Part shown: positions 27,904 to 37,692 of the stretch, one piece after another | Numbering within the stretch: the first letter of the stretch is position 1 | Layout of the letters: each line of letters begins with the position of its first letter | Source of the DNA: an uncultured Gammaproteobacteria bacterium | Lineage (GTDB): Bacteria; Patescibacteriota; Microgenomatia; Levybacterales; UBA12049 | Assembly (NCBI GenBank): GCA_964391315.1 | Contig: CAYMJR010000003.1 | Span: 64,542 to 128,541, forward strand | Length of the DNA stretch: 64,000 bases | Reading direction: 5' to 3' | Translations under genes and position numbers: made by a program | The notes under the pieces: generated by a model | Databases searched by the model: none | The model's input: the letters and a program-made list of their open reading frames with translations, nothing else | What the model was told of the DNA's origin: nothing

Positions 27904-29199
27904 ATGGAGAACCATATTCCTGAAATGCTTTACCCTGTCACATTTCGACAGGAAGATGCAAAGAAACTAGGGAAATATCTCGAGCAGCGCAGAAGCGTAA
28001 ATCTTATTGGCATGCGCAGAGTAGGTATTAGCAATTTTCTCCGCTTTTTCCTTTATAATCCACACGTCGTCTCAACATATATCAGCAACGAACAAAAACA
28101 TCTTTTTATCCCTGTTGATCTCAATGATCTCGTCGAACGAGAAATCTATCCTTTTTGGACATTGACGCTCAAACGAGTGGTTGACGCATCTGAGACAACA
28201 ACATTGCCTGATACCGTAAAAGAGAAGATTAATTCACTTTTTTTGACAAGTATTCAATCACAAGATCTTTTTCTCGTTATTGATACTCTCAGAAGGGCAC
28301 TGCTTTTGCTTGTTGAGAATAATATGTATCCCACACTTTTTTTCTTGCGGTTTGACCGTCTGCAGGATGCATTTAACCCGACCTTCTTTGATAATTTGGA
28401 AGGCCTCTATGACGCCGCACACGAGCGTTTAGCATATGTTTTTACCAGTTACCGTAGTCTTGATAGTATCTTTCCAACTGCAAAGACTTCATTATCTGTT
28501 TTTGCTCAGCAAATGTTTGTTCATCCAGCTTTGGAAGAAGACATGGAAATTGTTTATCAAACATATAAAGATCGATACAATCTTGATTTGTCTCCTAAGG
28601 TTGAAAAAGAGCTGTTTTCTCTGGTTGGGGGAAATATCCAATATCTCCAGTTAGCGCTTATTATTTTGAATGAAAAAAAGAAAGAAAAAATTGCAACAGA
28701 AAAACAGTTAAAGGATTTATTACTTTCGGATGAACGTATTACACTTGAATCTGAAGAATTGTGGGAGAGTTTGAATAGGGAAGAACAAAAAGTGCTTCTT
28801 GCAGTTGTAAACAATGAAGAAGTTTCTCAAAAAGATGAAATCACAGCTACATATCTTTGGGATACTGGGTTTATCAAAGAAAACAAAGTATTTAGTCCGC
28901 TATTTACTGAATACTTGCTTCATAAATCTTTAGATGAAAATAAGTCTGAAGAAAAGGTCCATTTAACACGAAAAGAACATTTACTGTTTAAATTACTTGA
29001 AGCACATTTGGGTGATATTTGTGAGCGGGATGGAATTATCGAGACTGTCTGGCCTGAATATAAAGAATTTGGTGTATCTGACTGGGCGATTGACCGACTT
29101 GTTGCAAGAGTGCGCGTAAAACTTCGCGAACAGAAAAGTCCGTATGAAATTGTCACAGTTCGTACCCGCGGATACAAACTCTCTACCGTGAAAGAGTAA
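27904..29199 (+). CDS. paralog of 5560..6888: degenerate ATPase-like domain + OmpR/PhoB-type winged helix
   Basis: ATG 27904 gives MENHIPEMLYPVT, aligning with MSDISFESLYPET of the paralog. The P-loop position reads LIGMRRVGISNFL (no G-K/R-S/T). C-terminal LTRKEHLLFKLL...ETVWPE...IDRLVARVRVKLRE...IVTVRTRGYKL is trans_reg_C-like. Confidence 0.7.
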   Translation: MENHIPEMLYPVTFRQEDAKKLGKYLEQRRSVNLIGMRRVGISNFLRFFLYNPHVVSTYISNEQKHLFIPVDLNDLVEREIYPFWTLTLKRVVDASETTTLPDTVKEKINSLFLTSIQSQDLFLVIDTLRRALLLLVENNMYPTLFFLRFDRLQDAFNPTFFDNLEGLYDAAHERLAYVFTSYRSLDSIFPTAKTSLSVFAQQMFVHPALEEDMEIVYQTYKDRYNLDLSPKVEKELFSLVGGNIQYLQLALIILNEKKKEKIATEKQLKDLLLSDERITLESEELWESLNREEQKVLLAVVNNEEVSQKDEITATYLWDTGFIKENKVFSPLFTEYLLHKSLDENKSEEKVHLTRKEHLLFKLLEAHLGDICERDGIIETVWPEYKEFGVSDWAIDRLVARVRVKLREQKSPYEIVTVRTRGYKLSTVKE

Positions 29200-29278
29200 G
29201 CCTCATTTGTACTTGACTTCTTTATTGCTGAGTGATTAAATGCCATGAGTAAAACTGTTTGGATTAATACCATGGGCT

Positions 29279-31384
29279 ATGGCAGAAACTATTCGACCAA
29301 ATGGTCAAAGAAGAAAATCGCTGGAACATCGTCGTCATCCAGTAAGAACGTTTAGTGTTCGTTCTGTTGATACATCACAAACACCTCAACCTCAACAAGA
29401 GTGGAAATCTGAATTCCCCAATCATTTTAAAGCAAATCTTCGAGACACAACATTTATGCTCTTTGAAGTTTTGGGACGCGGTGATGTTTATGGACAAGGT
29501 CCATTTGAGAATATCGATACTACCATGGCAAAAAACGTGCTAGGTATGGCGGTTGACACGGCAAGGGTGATGGGAGAATCCTACATGGATGATGACAGAC
29601 ATCCGACTGTTTATGATCCAGCAACAAAGACTGTTACGCTGTCTGATGGTTTTAAAAGAGCATATCATGCATATTTAGATTCTGAATTATTTAGATTTGG
29701 ATTACCAGTGGAACTTGAGGGTGCAGGTGCTCCGCCAAGTCTTACCTGGTCAATGAATGAATTCTTTCTTGCCGGTCATACACCCGCATTTTTAAATGCA
29801 CTTGGTCCTCCGATGACAGTAGTACAGCTGCAAATGGGACCGCATCCATCTAAAGAGCCACCTGAGGATCCAGAAAAACGTAAAGAATGGGAGGCTCAAC
29901 GAAAGCAAAGGAAGTTCCAAGATCAGCTTGCGAAATTAATAGAAGAGAAACAATGGACAGCAAGGATGGTTTTGACAGAACCGGATGCGGGATCTGATGT
30001 AGGTGCTGCCAGGACGAAAGCAACCCCACACGAAGATGGAACATGGCGAGTAGATGGTATAAAAAGATTTATAACCGGTGGAGAACATGGAGTGGCAGAT
30101 AATAATATCGATTATGTACTTGCACGAACAGATGATCCTTCAACAGGTACTGATGGTTTGTCTCTTTTTGCTGTACCAAAGTATAAATTTGATCCGGAGA
30201 CAGGAGAATTGGGTGAACCAAATGGAGTAACGGAAGAACGTCTGGAGAAAAAAATGGGTTTGAAATCATCACCCACTACAGAACTGAAGTTTGATTCTGC
30301 GGTTGGTTACCTTATCGGAGAAAAAAATAAAGGGCTTAAAGAAATGTTTCATGTGATGAGGTATATGAGAATGACGATAGGTGCAAAGGCCGTTGCAGGA
30401 ATGTCTTTGGCATATCTCCATGCTCGTGATGAGGCAAAACGAAGGGAACAGGGTGCGGATATAACCAGGGCACTGGAGAAGGGAGCTCCAAAGGTCAGAA
30501 TTATTGACCATGCACCGATAAGAAGAAGTCTCCTTGAACAAAAAGCATATGCAGAAGGATTTAGAGCACTCCTTCTTTACACTGCATCGCTAATGGATGA
30601 TCGTGTTCTGGCAGAAGCTGAAGGGAAATCAGGTGAGAAGCAAAAAAGACTTATCGACCTTTTTTTGCCACTTGTTAAAGGAGCTGGTTCGGAACAGGAA
30701 CAAAAACAGGTAAGAAAAGCGCTTGAGATTTTTGGTGGATCAGGATATTTGCAAGATAATCCACTTGAGCAATACGTTCGTGATGCCCAAATAGATACAA
30801 TCTACGAAGGGACTACGACAATTCAAAGTATGGATTTTGTTTTTCGTAATGTATTGCGTGAAAATGGCAAAGTGTTGAGTGGAGTTCTTGATGAAGTTAG
30901 TGGTTTTGTTCATAGAGATTGGTTAAAGAAGAAAGCTGATGTTGCAAAAGTAGTTTTTCAAAGAGGCGAGGATGCTAAAACAAACTTAGGAAGAGAATAT
31001 CAGTTATTAGGTAAGGCAGTTAACAAATTTAGGTCGATGTCCAGAACAATGAGACTTGCAGCATTGAGGGCGACAAAAGATTTACCTGGACTTAAAGCGG
31101 ATAAAGATAAGCTACATAAGATTAATCAACATGGTCAATTATTTATGGAGGCGTTTGGTGATTTGATGGTTGGATATTTATTACTGCGACAAGCAGAAGT
31201 TGCTAAGGAAAAACTCAAGACTGCAACAGGAGCAGAGAGAGATTTTTATGAAGGGAAAATTGCCTCAGCACGTTATTTTGCCAATAACATCCTCCCACAA
31301 ATTTCTTCTGATCGTGAGATCATGAGACAAAATATGAGGGTAGGAAGTTTTGATATCAAATCCGTACCAGAAGCCGCTTTCTAA
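29279..31384 (+). CDS. long-form acyl-CoA dehydrogenase (FadE-like, ~700 aa)
   Basis: LTEPDAGSDVGAARTKA, WRVDGIKRFITGGEH, GLSLFAVPKY, FGGSGYLQDNPLEQYVRDAQIDTIYEGTTTIQSMDF are classical ACAD middle and C-terminal motifs. The N-terminal ANLRDTTFMLFEVLG fits the long-ACAD N-domain. It is preceded by a ~50-aa R/H/Q-rich extension. Confidence 0.88.
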   Translation: MAETIRPNGQRRKSLEHRRHPVRTFSVRSVDTSQTPQPQQEWKSEFPNHFKANLRDTTFMLFEVLGRGDVYGQGPFENIDTTMAKNVLGMAVDTARVMGESYMDDDRHPTVYDPATKTVTLSDGFKRAYHAYLDSELFRFGLPVELEGAGAPPSLTWSMNEFFLAGHTPAFLNALGPPMTVVQLQMGPHPSKEPPEDPEKRKEWEAQRKQRKFQDQLAKLIEEKQWTARMVLTEPDAGSDVGAARTKATPHEDGTWRVDGIKRFITGGEHGVADNNIDYVLARTDDPSTGTDGLSLFAVPKYKFDPETGELGEPNGVTEERLEKKMGLKSSPTTELKFDSAVGYLIGEKNKGLKEMFHVMRYMRMTIGAKAVAGMSLAYLHARDEAKRREQGADITRALEKGAPKVRIIDHAPIRRSLLEQKAYAEGFRALLLYTASLMDDRVLAEAEGKSGEKQKRLIDLFLPLVKGAGSEQEQKQVRKALEIFGGSGYLQDNPLEQYVRDAQIDTIYEGTTTIQSMDFVFRNVLRENGKVLSGVLDEVSGFVHRDWLKKKADVAKVVFQRGEDAKTNLGREYQLLGKAVNKFRSMSRTMRLAALRATKDLPGLKADKDKLHKINQHGQLFMEAFGDLMVGYLLLRQAEVAKEKLKTATGAERDFYEGKIASARYFANNILPQISSDREIMRQNMRVGSFDIKSVPEAAF

Positions 31385-31431
31385 CGGCTTCTTCCTTTGT
31401 TGATCTCCAGCATGATATAATTAGCCTCAGT

Positions 31432-33699
31432 ATGGATAAAGTATATAGACATCAAGAAGTTGAAGAGAAGATTTATAAAGACTGGGAAGAAAAAGGATAT
31501 TTCAAACCAGAGGTAAATCCAAACGGAAAACCTTACACGATTATTCTTCCACCACCAAATGCTAATGGAGATCTTCATTTTGGTCATGCAATGTTTGTCG
31601 TTGAAGATATTTTGATTCGCTATCACCGCATGGTTGGCGACGCTGCATTATGGCTTCCAGGAACTGACCATGCAGGGACTGAAACACAATTTGTTTTTGA
31701 GAAAAAACTGCAGGCAGAAGGCAAGTCTCGTTTCGACTATAGTCGCGAAGAACTCTACAAAATGATTTGGGATTATGTTGCAGAAAATCGGGGAGGTATT
31801 GAAAATCAGTTGAAAAGGCTTGGTTTTTCGCTTGATTGGTCTCGAGAGAAATTTACCTTAGATAAAGATGTTGTCTCAATTGTGAACGACACTTTCCGAA
31901 AAATGTATGATGATGGATTGGTTTACCGAGATTACCGATTAGTTAACTATTGCACGCGAGATGGTACGTCTTTTTCAGATCTTGAAGTTGTTCATGAAGA
32001 ACGGACCGATCCGCTTTATTACGTCAAATATGGTCCTTTAGTTCTCGCAACGACACGTCCAGAGACAAAATTTGGTGATACGGCTGTTGCTGTTAATCCA
32101 AATGATAAACGATACAAAGAATATATCGGACAAGAAATTGAAATTGAAACAGTGCTTGGAAAAGCAAAGATTAAAGTGATTGCTGATGACTATGTAGACC
32201 CGGAATTTGGAACAGGTGTTGTGAAGATGACTCCTGCTCATGACTTTAATGATTTTGAAGTAGGGAAGCGGCACAATCTTGAAATGCGGCAAGTGATTGG
32301 ATTTGATGGCAAGATGAATCATTATGCAGGAAAATTTGAAGGATTGTATGTCAAACAGGCACGAAAAGCTGTTGTTGAGGAAATGCAACAAAAAGGACTC
32401 ATTGAAAAAATCGATGAGAACTATGTTCATCGCGTTGGTGTTTGTTACAAGTGTAAAACTGTTCTTGAACCATTACCTCTTGAGCAATGGTATGTAAAAG
32501 TAAAGCCATTGATTGAAAACGCAGAGAGAGCAATCGACAATGGCTTTGTAAAGATTTATCCGCAAAATTTTGTTCATACACTCAAGCAATGGTATGCAGG
32601 CCTTCGTGATTGGAATATCTCACGGCAAAATGTCTGGGGAATACAAATTCCTGTTTGGTATGAAATCGATGATGAAGCAAACTTCTCTGTTAATTTTATT
32701 GATAAAGAAAAAAACTTGCAGAAAGGAACACTTCGTGAAGTTTTGGAAAGAGGACATGATTTGGAAGAGATTGTTAAAGGCTTACAAAAAGTAATTGCTC
32801 CGATTGAGGCAAAAGTTGTTTTTGAAGACCAAAAAGAGGTAGGAAAACGATATCTTCCGGAAACAGATACGTTTGATACATGGTTTTCTTCAGGACAATG
32901 GCCATACGTGACATTAAAGACGACGAAAGAAGGAGATTTTGAAAAGTTTTATCCAACATCTGTAATGGAAACAGGTTATGATATTTTGCGGGCGTGGGTT
33001 TCCCGTATGTTGATCCTTGGTCTGTACGTTGCCAATGGCAAGCATGTTACCGATCCTGAGATTTTGCAAAAGACTGTTCCTTTTAAGGATGTTATTCTTC
33101 ATGGATTGGTTAATGATCCCTATGGAAAGAAAATGAGTAAAAGTAAGGGAAATGTGGTAAGCCCTTTGGAAGTTGCAGATCAATATGGTGCGGATGCTGT
33201 ACGTCTTGCTCTCGTTTATGGAACAGGTCTTGGAAATGATCAGGCAATGTCTTATCCAAAATTAGATGCAGCAAAGAAGTTTGCAAATAAGTTGTGGAAC
33301 ATGGCACGCTTCATAGAAATGAAGCGATCTCAAATCTCAAATCTCAAATCTCAAATCTCATCGTTGGAAGAATTAGCAAAAATTGCGGAAAACGAATCAG
33401 ACAAAGAGTGGGTTAAAAGGGTTGAGGAATTAACGAAAGAAATTTCAAAATATTTGGATAGTTATCAGTTTAATCTCGCTGCTGAACGACTTTACGAATT
33501 TAGCTGGCATGAATTTGCTGATAAATATATTGAAGATGTTAAAAACCGTATTGATGACAATTCATTCAGGATTCTTAATTCATTATTCATAATTCAATTA
33601 AAGCTTCTTCATCCGTTTATGCCATTTATTACCGAGGAGATTTATCAGAAACTCGGTGGAGAAGGATCTATCATGATTTCCACATGGCCTCAACAATAG
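31432..33699 (+). CDS. valS: valine--tRNA ligase (short, no long C-terminal coiled coil)
   Basis: HIGH region PPPNANGDLHFGHA, TTRPETKFGDTAVAVNPNDKRY, DWNISRQ, DTWFSSGQWP, KMSKSKGN. Confidence 0.93.
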   Translation: MDKVYRHQEVEEKIYKDWEEKGYFKPEVNPNGKPYTIILPPPNANGDLHFGHAMFVVEDILIRYHRMVGDAALWLPGTDHAGTETQFVFEKKLQAEGKSRFDYSREELYKMIWDYVAENRGGIENQLKRLGFSLDWSREKFTLDKDVVSIVNDTFRKMYDDGLVYRDYRLVNYCTRDGTSFSDLEVVHEERTDPLYYVKYGPLVLATTRPETKFGDTAVAVNPNDKRYKEYIGQEIEIETVLGKAKIKVIADDYVDPEFGTGVVKMTPAHDFNDFEVGKRHNLEMRQVIGFDGKMNHYAGKFEGLYVKQARKAVVEEMQQKGLIEKIDENYVHRVGVCYKCKTVLEPLPLEQWYVKVKPLIENAERAIDNGFVKIYPQNFVHTLKQWYAGLRDWNISRQNVWGIQIPVWYEIDDEANFSVNFIDKEKNLQKGTLREVLERGHDLEEIVKGLQKVIAPIEAKVVFEDQKEVGKRYLPETDTFDTWFSSGQWPYVTLKTTKEGDFEKFYPTSVMETGYDILRAWVSRMLILGLYVANGKHVTDPEILQKTVPFKDVILHGLVNDPYGKKMSKSKGNVVSPLEVADQYGADAVRLALVYGTGLGNDQAMSYPKLDAAKKFANKLWNMARFIEMKRSQISNLKSQISSLEELAKIAENESDKEWVKRVEELTKEISKYLDSYQFNLAAERLYEFSWHEFADKYIEDVKNRIDDNSFRILNSLFIIQLKLLHPFMPFITEEIYQKLGGEGSIMISTWPQQ
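33327..33360 (+). repeat. 7-bp microsatellite (ATCTCAA) x4.9 inside valS
   Basis: Units at 33327, 33334, 33341, 33348 and a partial unit at 33355. Encodes SQISNLKSQIS in a variable linker of ValRS. Confidence 0.95.
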
Positions 33700-33725
33700 T
33701 CTTGTTTCTTCTCTAAAAAAGGTTT

Positions 33726-34121
33726 ATGATGGGTCGTATGCAAGAGCATCAGCCTCAGACCTCAGCATTATTCCCGAAGATTTTCCGATTTATTACCGAA
33801 AGAGCTGTGTTAGTCGTAATTAGCCTCGTTTCCTTAGTTCTTCTGACCGCAATTGTGATGCAGGGATTACAGCTTCAGAAGACACTTCATCAATCAGAAA
33901 TTGCTAAAGCAAAGCGGGCAGAACTCACAAAAGAACTCGCCTATTGGCAAGATGTTGTCAGGCAGTATGGTAATTATCGCGATGCCTATTTTAAAATTGC
34001 GACAATCCAATATCAGTTAGGACAAGTTGCGCAAGCAAAAAGTACATTGGAAAAGGTAATTGCGCTTGATCCAAATTTTGAAAATGCAAAGGTGCTTGGA
34101 GCTAAAATTTCCGCACAATAA
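33726..34121 (+). CDS. membrane-anchored TPR-like protein
   Basis: One TM (AVLVVISLVSLVLLTAIVM), then YRDAYFKIATIQYQLGQVAQAKSTLEKVIALDPNFENAK, which is a TPR-like motif. Confidence 0.55.
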   Translation: MMGRMQEHQPQTSALFPKIFRFITERAVLVVISLVSLVLLTAIVMQGLQLQKTLHQSEIAKAKRAELTKELAYWQDVVRQYGNYRDAYFKIATIQYQLGQVAQAKSTLEKVIALDPNFENAKVLGAKISAQ

Positions 34122-34209
34122 CCCTTTATCTTACATATTTTACGCACAATATTTACACAATTGTTGACATTGAGTGATATAAGAATGTAGTGTATAATTG
34201 CCTCTTCAT

Positions 34210-35814
34210 ATGAATCCATTATTTGGTAAGTCTCTGCTTAATTCTCTTTTGCAAGAAATAAGGAATATGCGAAAACGCCTCAGAGAGACACGAGATGCAG
34301 CACGCGAAGAGGCAAGTATGTGGTTAAAAGGACTAGATGCGCCTTGGACACGAGAAAGACTACAGCTTTTTGTTAAAGATGCACTTAAAGGTAGAAAAAT
34401 CTTTGTTGTTGCTAATCGGGAACCATATATCCATAAAAAAATAGGAGATCAGATAAGTTATTATGTGCCGGCAAGTGGGATTGTAACCGCCTTAGAACCT
34501 GTCATGCAGGCATGTGGTGGCATGTGGATTGGGCATGGGAGTGGAAATGCAGACAAGCTTGTAGTTGACGAGAGAGATAGAGTAGAAGTCCCACCGAAGG
34601 AGCCCCGTTATACACTAAAAAGAGTATGGTTATCAGATAAGGAAGAACAAGGATATTATTTAGGTTTTTCAAATGAAAGTATTTGGCCGCTTTGTCATAT
34701 AGCCTATGTTCGTCCAGTTTTTAAAAAAGCAGACTGGGAGCTATATAAGGAAGTTAATGAAAAATTTGCTGATGCCGTCCTTGAGGAAATAAAGGATCAA
34801 GAAAAGCCGATGGTATTAATTCAGGATTATCATTTTGCATTGCTTCCGCGTCTGATTAAAAACAAAAGACCAGACGCAATAATTGGTCTTTTTTGGCATA
34901 TTCCCTGGCCCAATGCAGAATCATTTAGTATTTGTCCATGGAAAAAAGAATTACTGACTGGCATGCTTGGTGCAGATCTTATTGGATTTCATACACAATT
35001 CCACTGCAATAACTTTATTGATACTGTGGGACGGCAACTTGAAGCACTTATTTCCTGGGATAAGTTTACGATCACAAAAGACGGTCATAGGACCGCTATA
35101 AAAGCATTTCCGATTAGTATTGAATTTAATAATTTACAAATTTCAGAAGAGGAACAAAGAATAAATAAGGAAGAAAAGAAGCAATTGTTAGAAACAGTTG
35201 GAGTTACATCTCAATATATCGGTGTCGGTGTTGATCGACTCGACTATACAAAAGGAATTCTTGAACGGTTAAAGGCAGTTGAAATTTTTTTAGATAAATA
35301 CCCTTCATATATTGGTAACTTTACGTTTATTCAGCTTTCATCCCCAAGTAGAACCTCAGTCAAAGAGTATGCAGATTTTGCTGATAAGGTTGCAAAGGAA
35401 ATTGAAAGAATTAATAATCGTTTGCAAAAGGATAATTGGAAACCAATTATCTATTTAGAAGAACATAGAGATCATGAATTTATTGATACACTTTACCGGT
35501 CGGCGAATTTTTGTCTTGTTACCTCTCTCCATGATGGAATGAATCTAGTGTCAAAGGAATTTGTCGCGGCGCGATATGATGAGAAAGGAGTTTTGATTCT
35601 TAGTCAATTCGCAGGATCTGCACAAGAACTGCGTGGTGCATTAATTATTAATCCGTATGATGCAGATCAAACTGCAGATTCCATTTTCAAAGCGCTTCAT
35701 ATGAAAGAGTCAGAGCAGCAAAGTCGTATGAAACGGATGCGTGAAACAATAAAGGATCACAATGTCTTTCAGTGGTCTGCGGAATTATTGAAAACGTTGG
35801 TAGATTTGAGATAG
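34210..35814 (+). CDS. otsA: alpha,alpha-trehalose-phosphate synthase (GT20)
   Basis: ORF track starts at TTG 34198; the first ATG is 34210. Motifs VVANREPY, WIGHGSG, IQDYHFALLP, IGFHT, LVTSLHDGMNLVSKEFVA, ILSQFAGSA. Confidence 0.88.
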   Translation: MNPLFGKSLLNSLLQEIRNMRKRLRETRDAAREEASMWLKGLDAPWTRERLQLFVKDALKGRKIFVVANREPYIHKKIGDQISYYVPASGIVTALEPVMQACGGMWIGHGSGNADKLVVDERDRVEVPPKEPRYTLKRVWLSDKEEQGYYLGFSNESIWPLCHIAYVRPVFKKADWELYKEVNEKFADAVLEEIKDQEKPMVLIQDYHFALLPRLIKNKRPDAIIGLFWHIPWPNAESFSICPWKKELLTGMLGADLIGFHTQFHCNNFIDTVGRQLEALISWDKFTITKDGHRTAIKAFPISIEFNNLQISEEEQRINKEEKKQLLETVGVTSQYIGVGVDRLDYTKGILERLKAVEIFLDKYPSYIGNFTFIQLSSPSRTSVKEYADFADKVAKEIERINNRLQKDNWKPIIYLEEHRDHEFIDTLYRSANFCLVTSLHDGMNLVSKEFVAARYDEKGVLILSQFAGSAQELRGALIINPYDADQTADSIFKALHMKESEQQSRMKRMRETIKDHNVFQWSAELLKTLVDLR

Positions 35815-35819
35815 GGGAA

Positions 35820-36518
35820 CTATTCTTTTGCTTCTTCTGATTTTTCTTCCTTTGCTTCACCTTCGCCAGCTTCTTCTTTTGTTTCTCCTTCAGCACCTTC
35901 TTCACCCTCAGCCGCTGCTGCGCCTTCTTCTCCTTCGGCAGGTGCTTCAGGCTCTGGTTCTTCCACAACAAGTTCTCCAATCTTTGCAACTACTTGTTCT
36001 GGTTCGGTAAGAATCGTAACACCATCCGGTGCTTTCAGATTTTCGACTGTGATTTGTTCATCAATTGCAGCTAAATTTTCAACAGAAATTTCGATATTTT
36101 CTGGAAGCTCTTCAGGAAGTGCTTCAATTTCAACTTCTGAAAGTGTTTGAAGAAGGAGTCCAACTTTATCGGTTACTGCTTTTGCTTCACCAGTCAAAAC
36201 AATTGGTACCATAGTTTTGACTTTTTCTTTCAAATTAACTTGGTAGAAATCTACATGAAGTGGAATGTGATGAGGGAAGGTTTGATGCATGTTTTTAACA
36301 AGCACTGGACGTTTTTGTCCATCAACCATGAGATCAATCAAACCTGTTTCTCCAACTTCTTTGAAGACGGTTTGGAAATCAGAAAGTTTTACTTGAATTG
36401 AAGTTGATTCAAGACCTTTTCCGTAGACATTTGCTGGTAAAAGACCTTCTCGGCGAAGCTTTTTTACCTTTTTCCCAAGAACTTTTCTAGGTTCCGAAAC
36501 AAGTTGTGGATGTTTCAT
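35820..36518 (-). CDS. rplY: 50S ribosomal protein L25/Ctc with acidic C-terminal tail
   Basis: LRREGLLPANVYGKGLESTSIQV... is a typical L25/Ctc N-domain. The tail is E/A/G-rich. Confidence 0.85.
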   Translation of the reverse strand: MKHPQLVSEPRKVLGKKVKKLRREGLLPANVYGKGLESTSIQVKLSDFQTVFKEVGETGLIDLMVDGQKRPVLVKNMHQTFPHHIPLHVDFYQVNLKEKVKTMVPIVLTGEAKAVTDKVGLLLQTLSEVEIEALPEELPENIEISVENLAAIDEQITVENLKAPDGVTILTEPEQVVAKIGELVVEEPEPEAPAEGEEGAAAAEGEEGAEGETKEEAGEGEAKEEKSEEAKE

Positions 36519-36611
36519 AACAGTTATACTAATCTAAACAGCAAGACTTGTCAAGCCGAGTTGCAAATCAGCCTTATCTGGTTGAATTAGTCATGTATAA
36601 TAAATGCAATT

Positions 36612-37094
36612 ATGCGTATTTTAGGAGTGGATCCGGGAATTGGAAGGACAGGATGGGGAGTCATCGAAGTGCAGGGGTCACAATTCAAAGTGCAAAGTTT
36701 TGGCTGTATTGAGACTCCTGCAGGGATGCCAACAGAGAAGAGACTGCATGCGCTTTTTGATGAAATTTCCCGAATAATTACCGAGGAAAAACCGAATGCT
36801 TTTGCTATTGAAGATCTCTTTTTCAATACCAATGCCAAAACAGCCTTGGTTGTTGGACAAGCGAGAGGAGTTGTTCTTTTGGTTGCGTCACAACATAATT
36901 TACCATTTGGGGTCTATACCCCTCTTCAAGTAAAAATCGCTGTGACAGGTTACGGCAGGGCAGAGAAAGGACAAGTCGGACAAATGGTAAAAACCATCCT
37001 TAAGCTCCCAAGTATTCCCAAACCCGATGACACCGCAGATGCTTTGGCAATTGCGATTACCCATGCCTTCTCTCACAAGACTCCCAAAATCTGA
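36612..37094 (+). CDS. ruvC: crossover junction endodeoxyribonuclease RuvC
   Basis: MRILGVDPGIGRTGWGVIE..., FAIEDLFF, DTADALAIAITH. Confidence 0.92.
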   Translation: MRILGVDPGIGRTGWGVIEVQGSQFKVQSFGCIETPAGMPTEKRLHALFDEISRIITEEKPNAFAIEDLFFNTNAKTALVVGQARGVVLLVASQHNLPFGVYTPLQVKIAVTGYGRAEKGQVGQMVKTILKLPSIPKPDDTADALAIAITHAFSHKTPKI

Positions 37095-37121
37095 TGTGGT
37101 ATACTCGGACTACTAAACCGC

Positions 37122-37691
37122 ATGATTGGAAGTCTTACTGGAACAGTTGATTATAAAGATGCTTCAAGTTTGATTGTTGCTGTTGGTGGTGTTGGCTACA
37201 AAGTGTTTATTCCTGTCAGTATTTCATCAAATGTTGGAGATCAGATAAAACTTTTCACACACACACATGTCCGCGAAGATGTCTTGGAACTGTATGGATT
37301 TACCGATCCTACGGATTTGAAAGTATTTGAATATCTGATTAGTGTTTCAGGAGTAGGATGCAAAACAGCTCTTGGTGTTTTCTCAGTTGGCTCCCGAAAG
37401 GAAATTATCAATGCAATTACCGGTAATGATGTGGCATTTTTTACTTCGGTTCCACGACTTGGAAAGAAAAATGCTCAAAAAATTATTATTGAATTGAAAA
37501 ACAAACTCGGCGGACAGGAAGATTTAGATTTATCGGCAGCAGATAGTAGTGATACTAATGAAGTTATTGCTGCGCTTAAAAGTTTTGGTTTTTCTCCAGC
37601 AGAATCGCGTGCTGCATTAAAGGGGTTAAATGGACAGGGAGAGAGTGTCTCTGAAAAAGTGCGGTTAGCATTAAAGTACTTGGGAAAATAA
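37122..37691 (+). CDS. ruvA: Holliday junction DNA helicase RuvA
   Basis: MIGSLTG.V......[13 protein letters not shown]; HhH region [13 protein letters not shown]; gene order ruvC-ruvA-ruvB. Confidence 0.9.
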   Translation: MIGSLTGTVDYKDASSLIVAVGGVGYKVFIPVSISSNVGDQIKLFTHTHVREDVLELYGFTDPTDLKVFEYLISVSGVGCKTALGVFSVGSRKEIINAITGNDVAFFTSVPRLGKKNAQKIIIELKNKLGGQEDLDLSAADSSDTNEVIAALKSFGFSPAESRAALKGLNGQGESVSEKVRLALKYLGK

Positions 37692-37692
37692 T

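Noticed and set aside
33327-33360. The 7-bp microsatellite (ATCTCAA x4.9) in valS as a phase-variation switch.
   Set aside because: A one-unit change would frameshift an essential single-copy aminoacyl-tRNA synthetase. It is more likely a tolerated low-complexity insertion in a variable linker. Kept as a repeat feature only.
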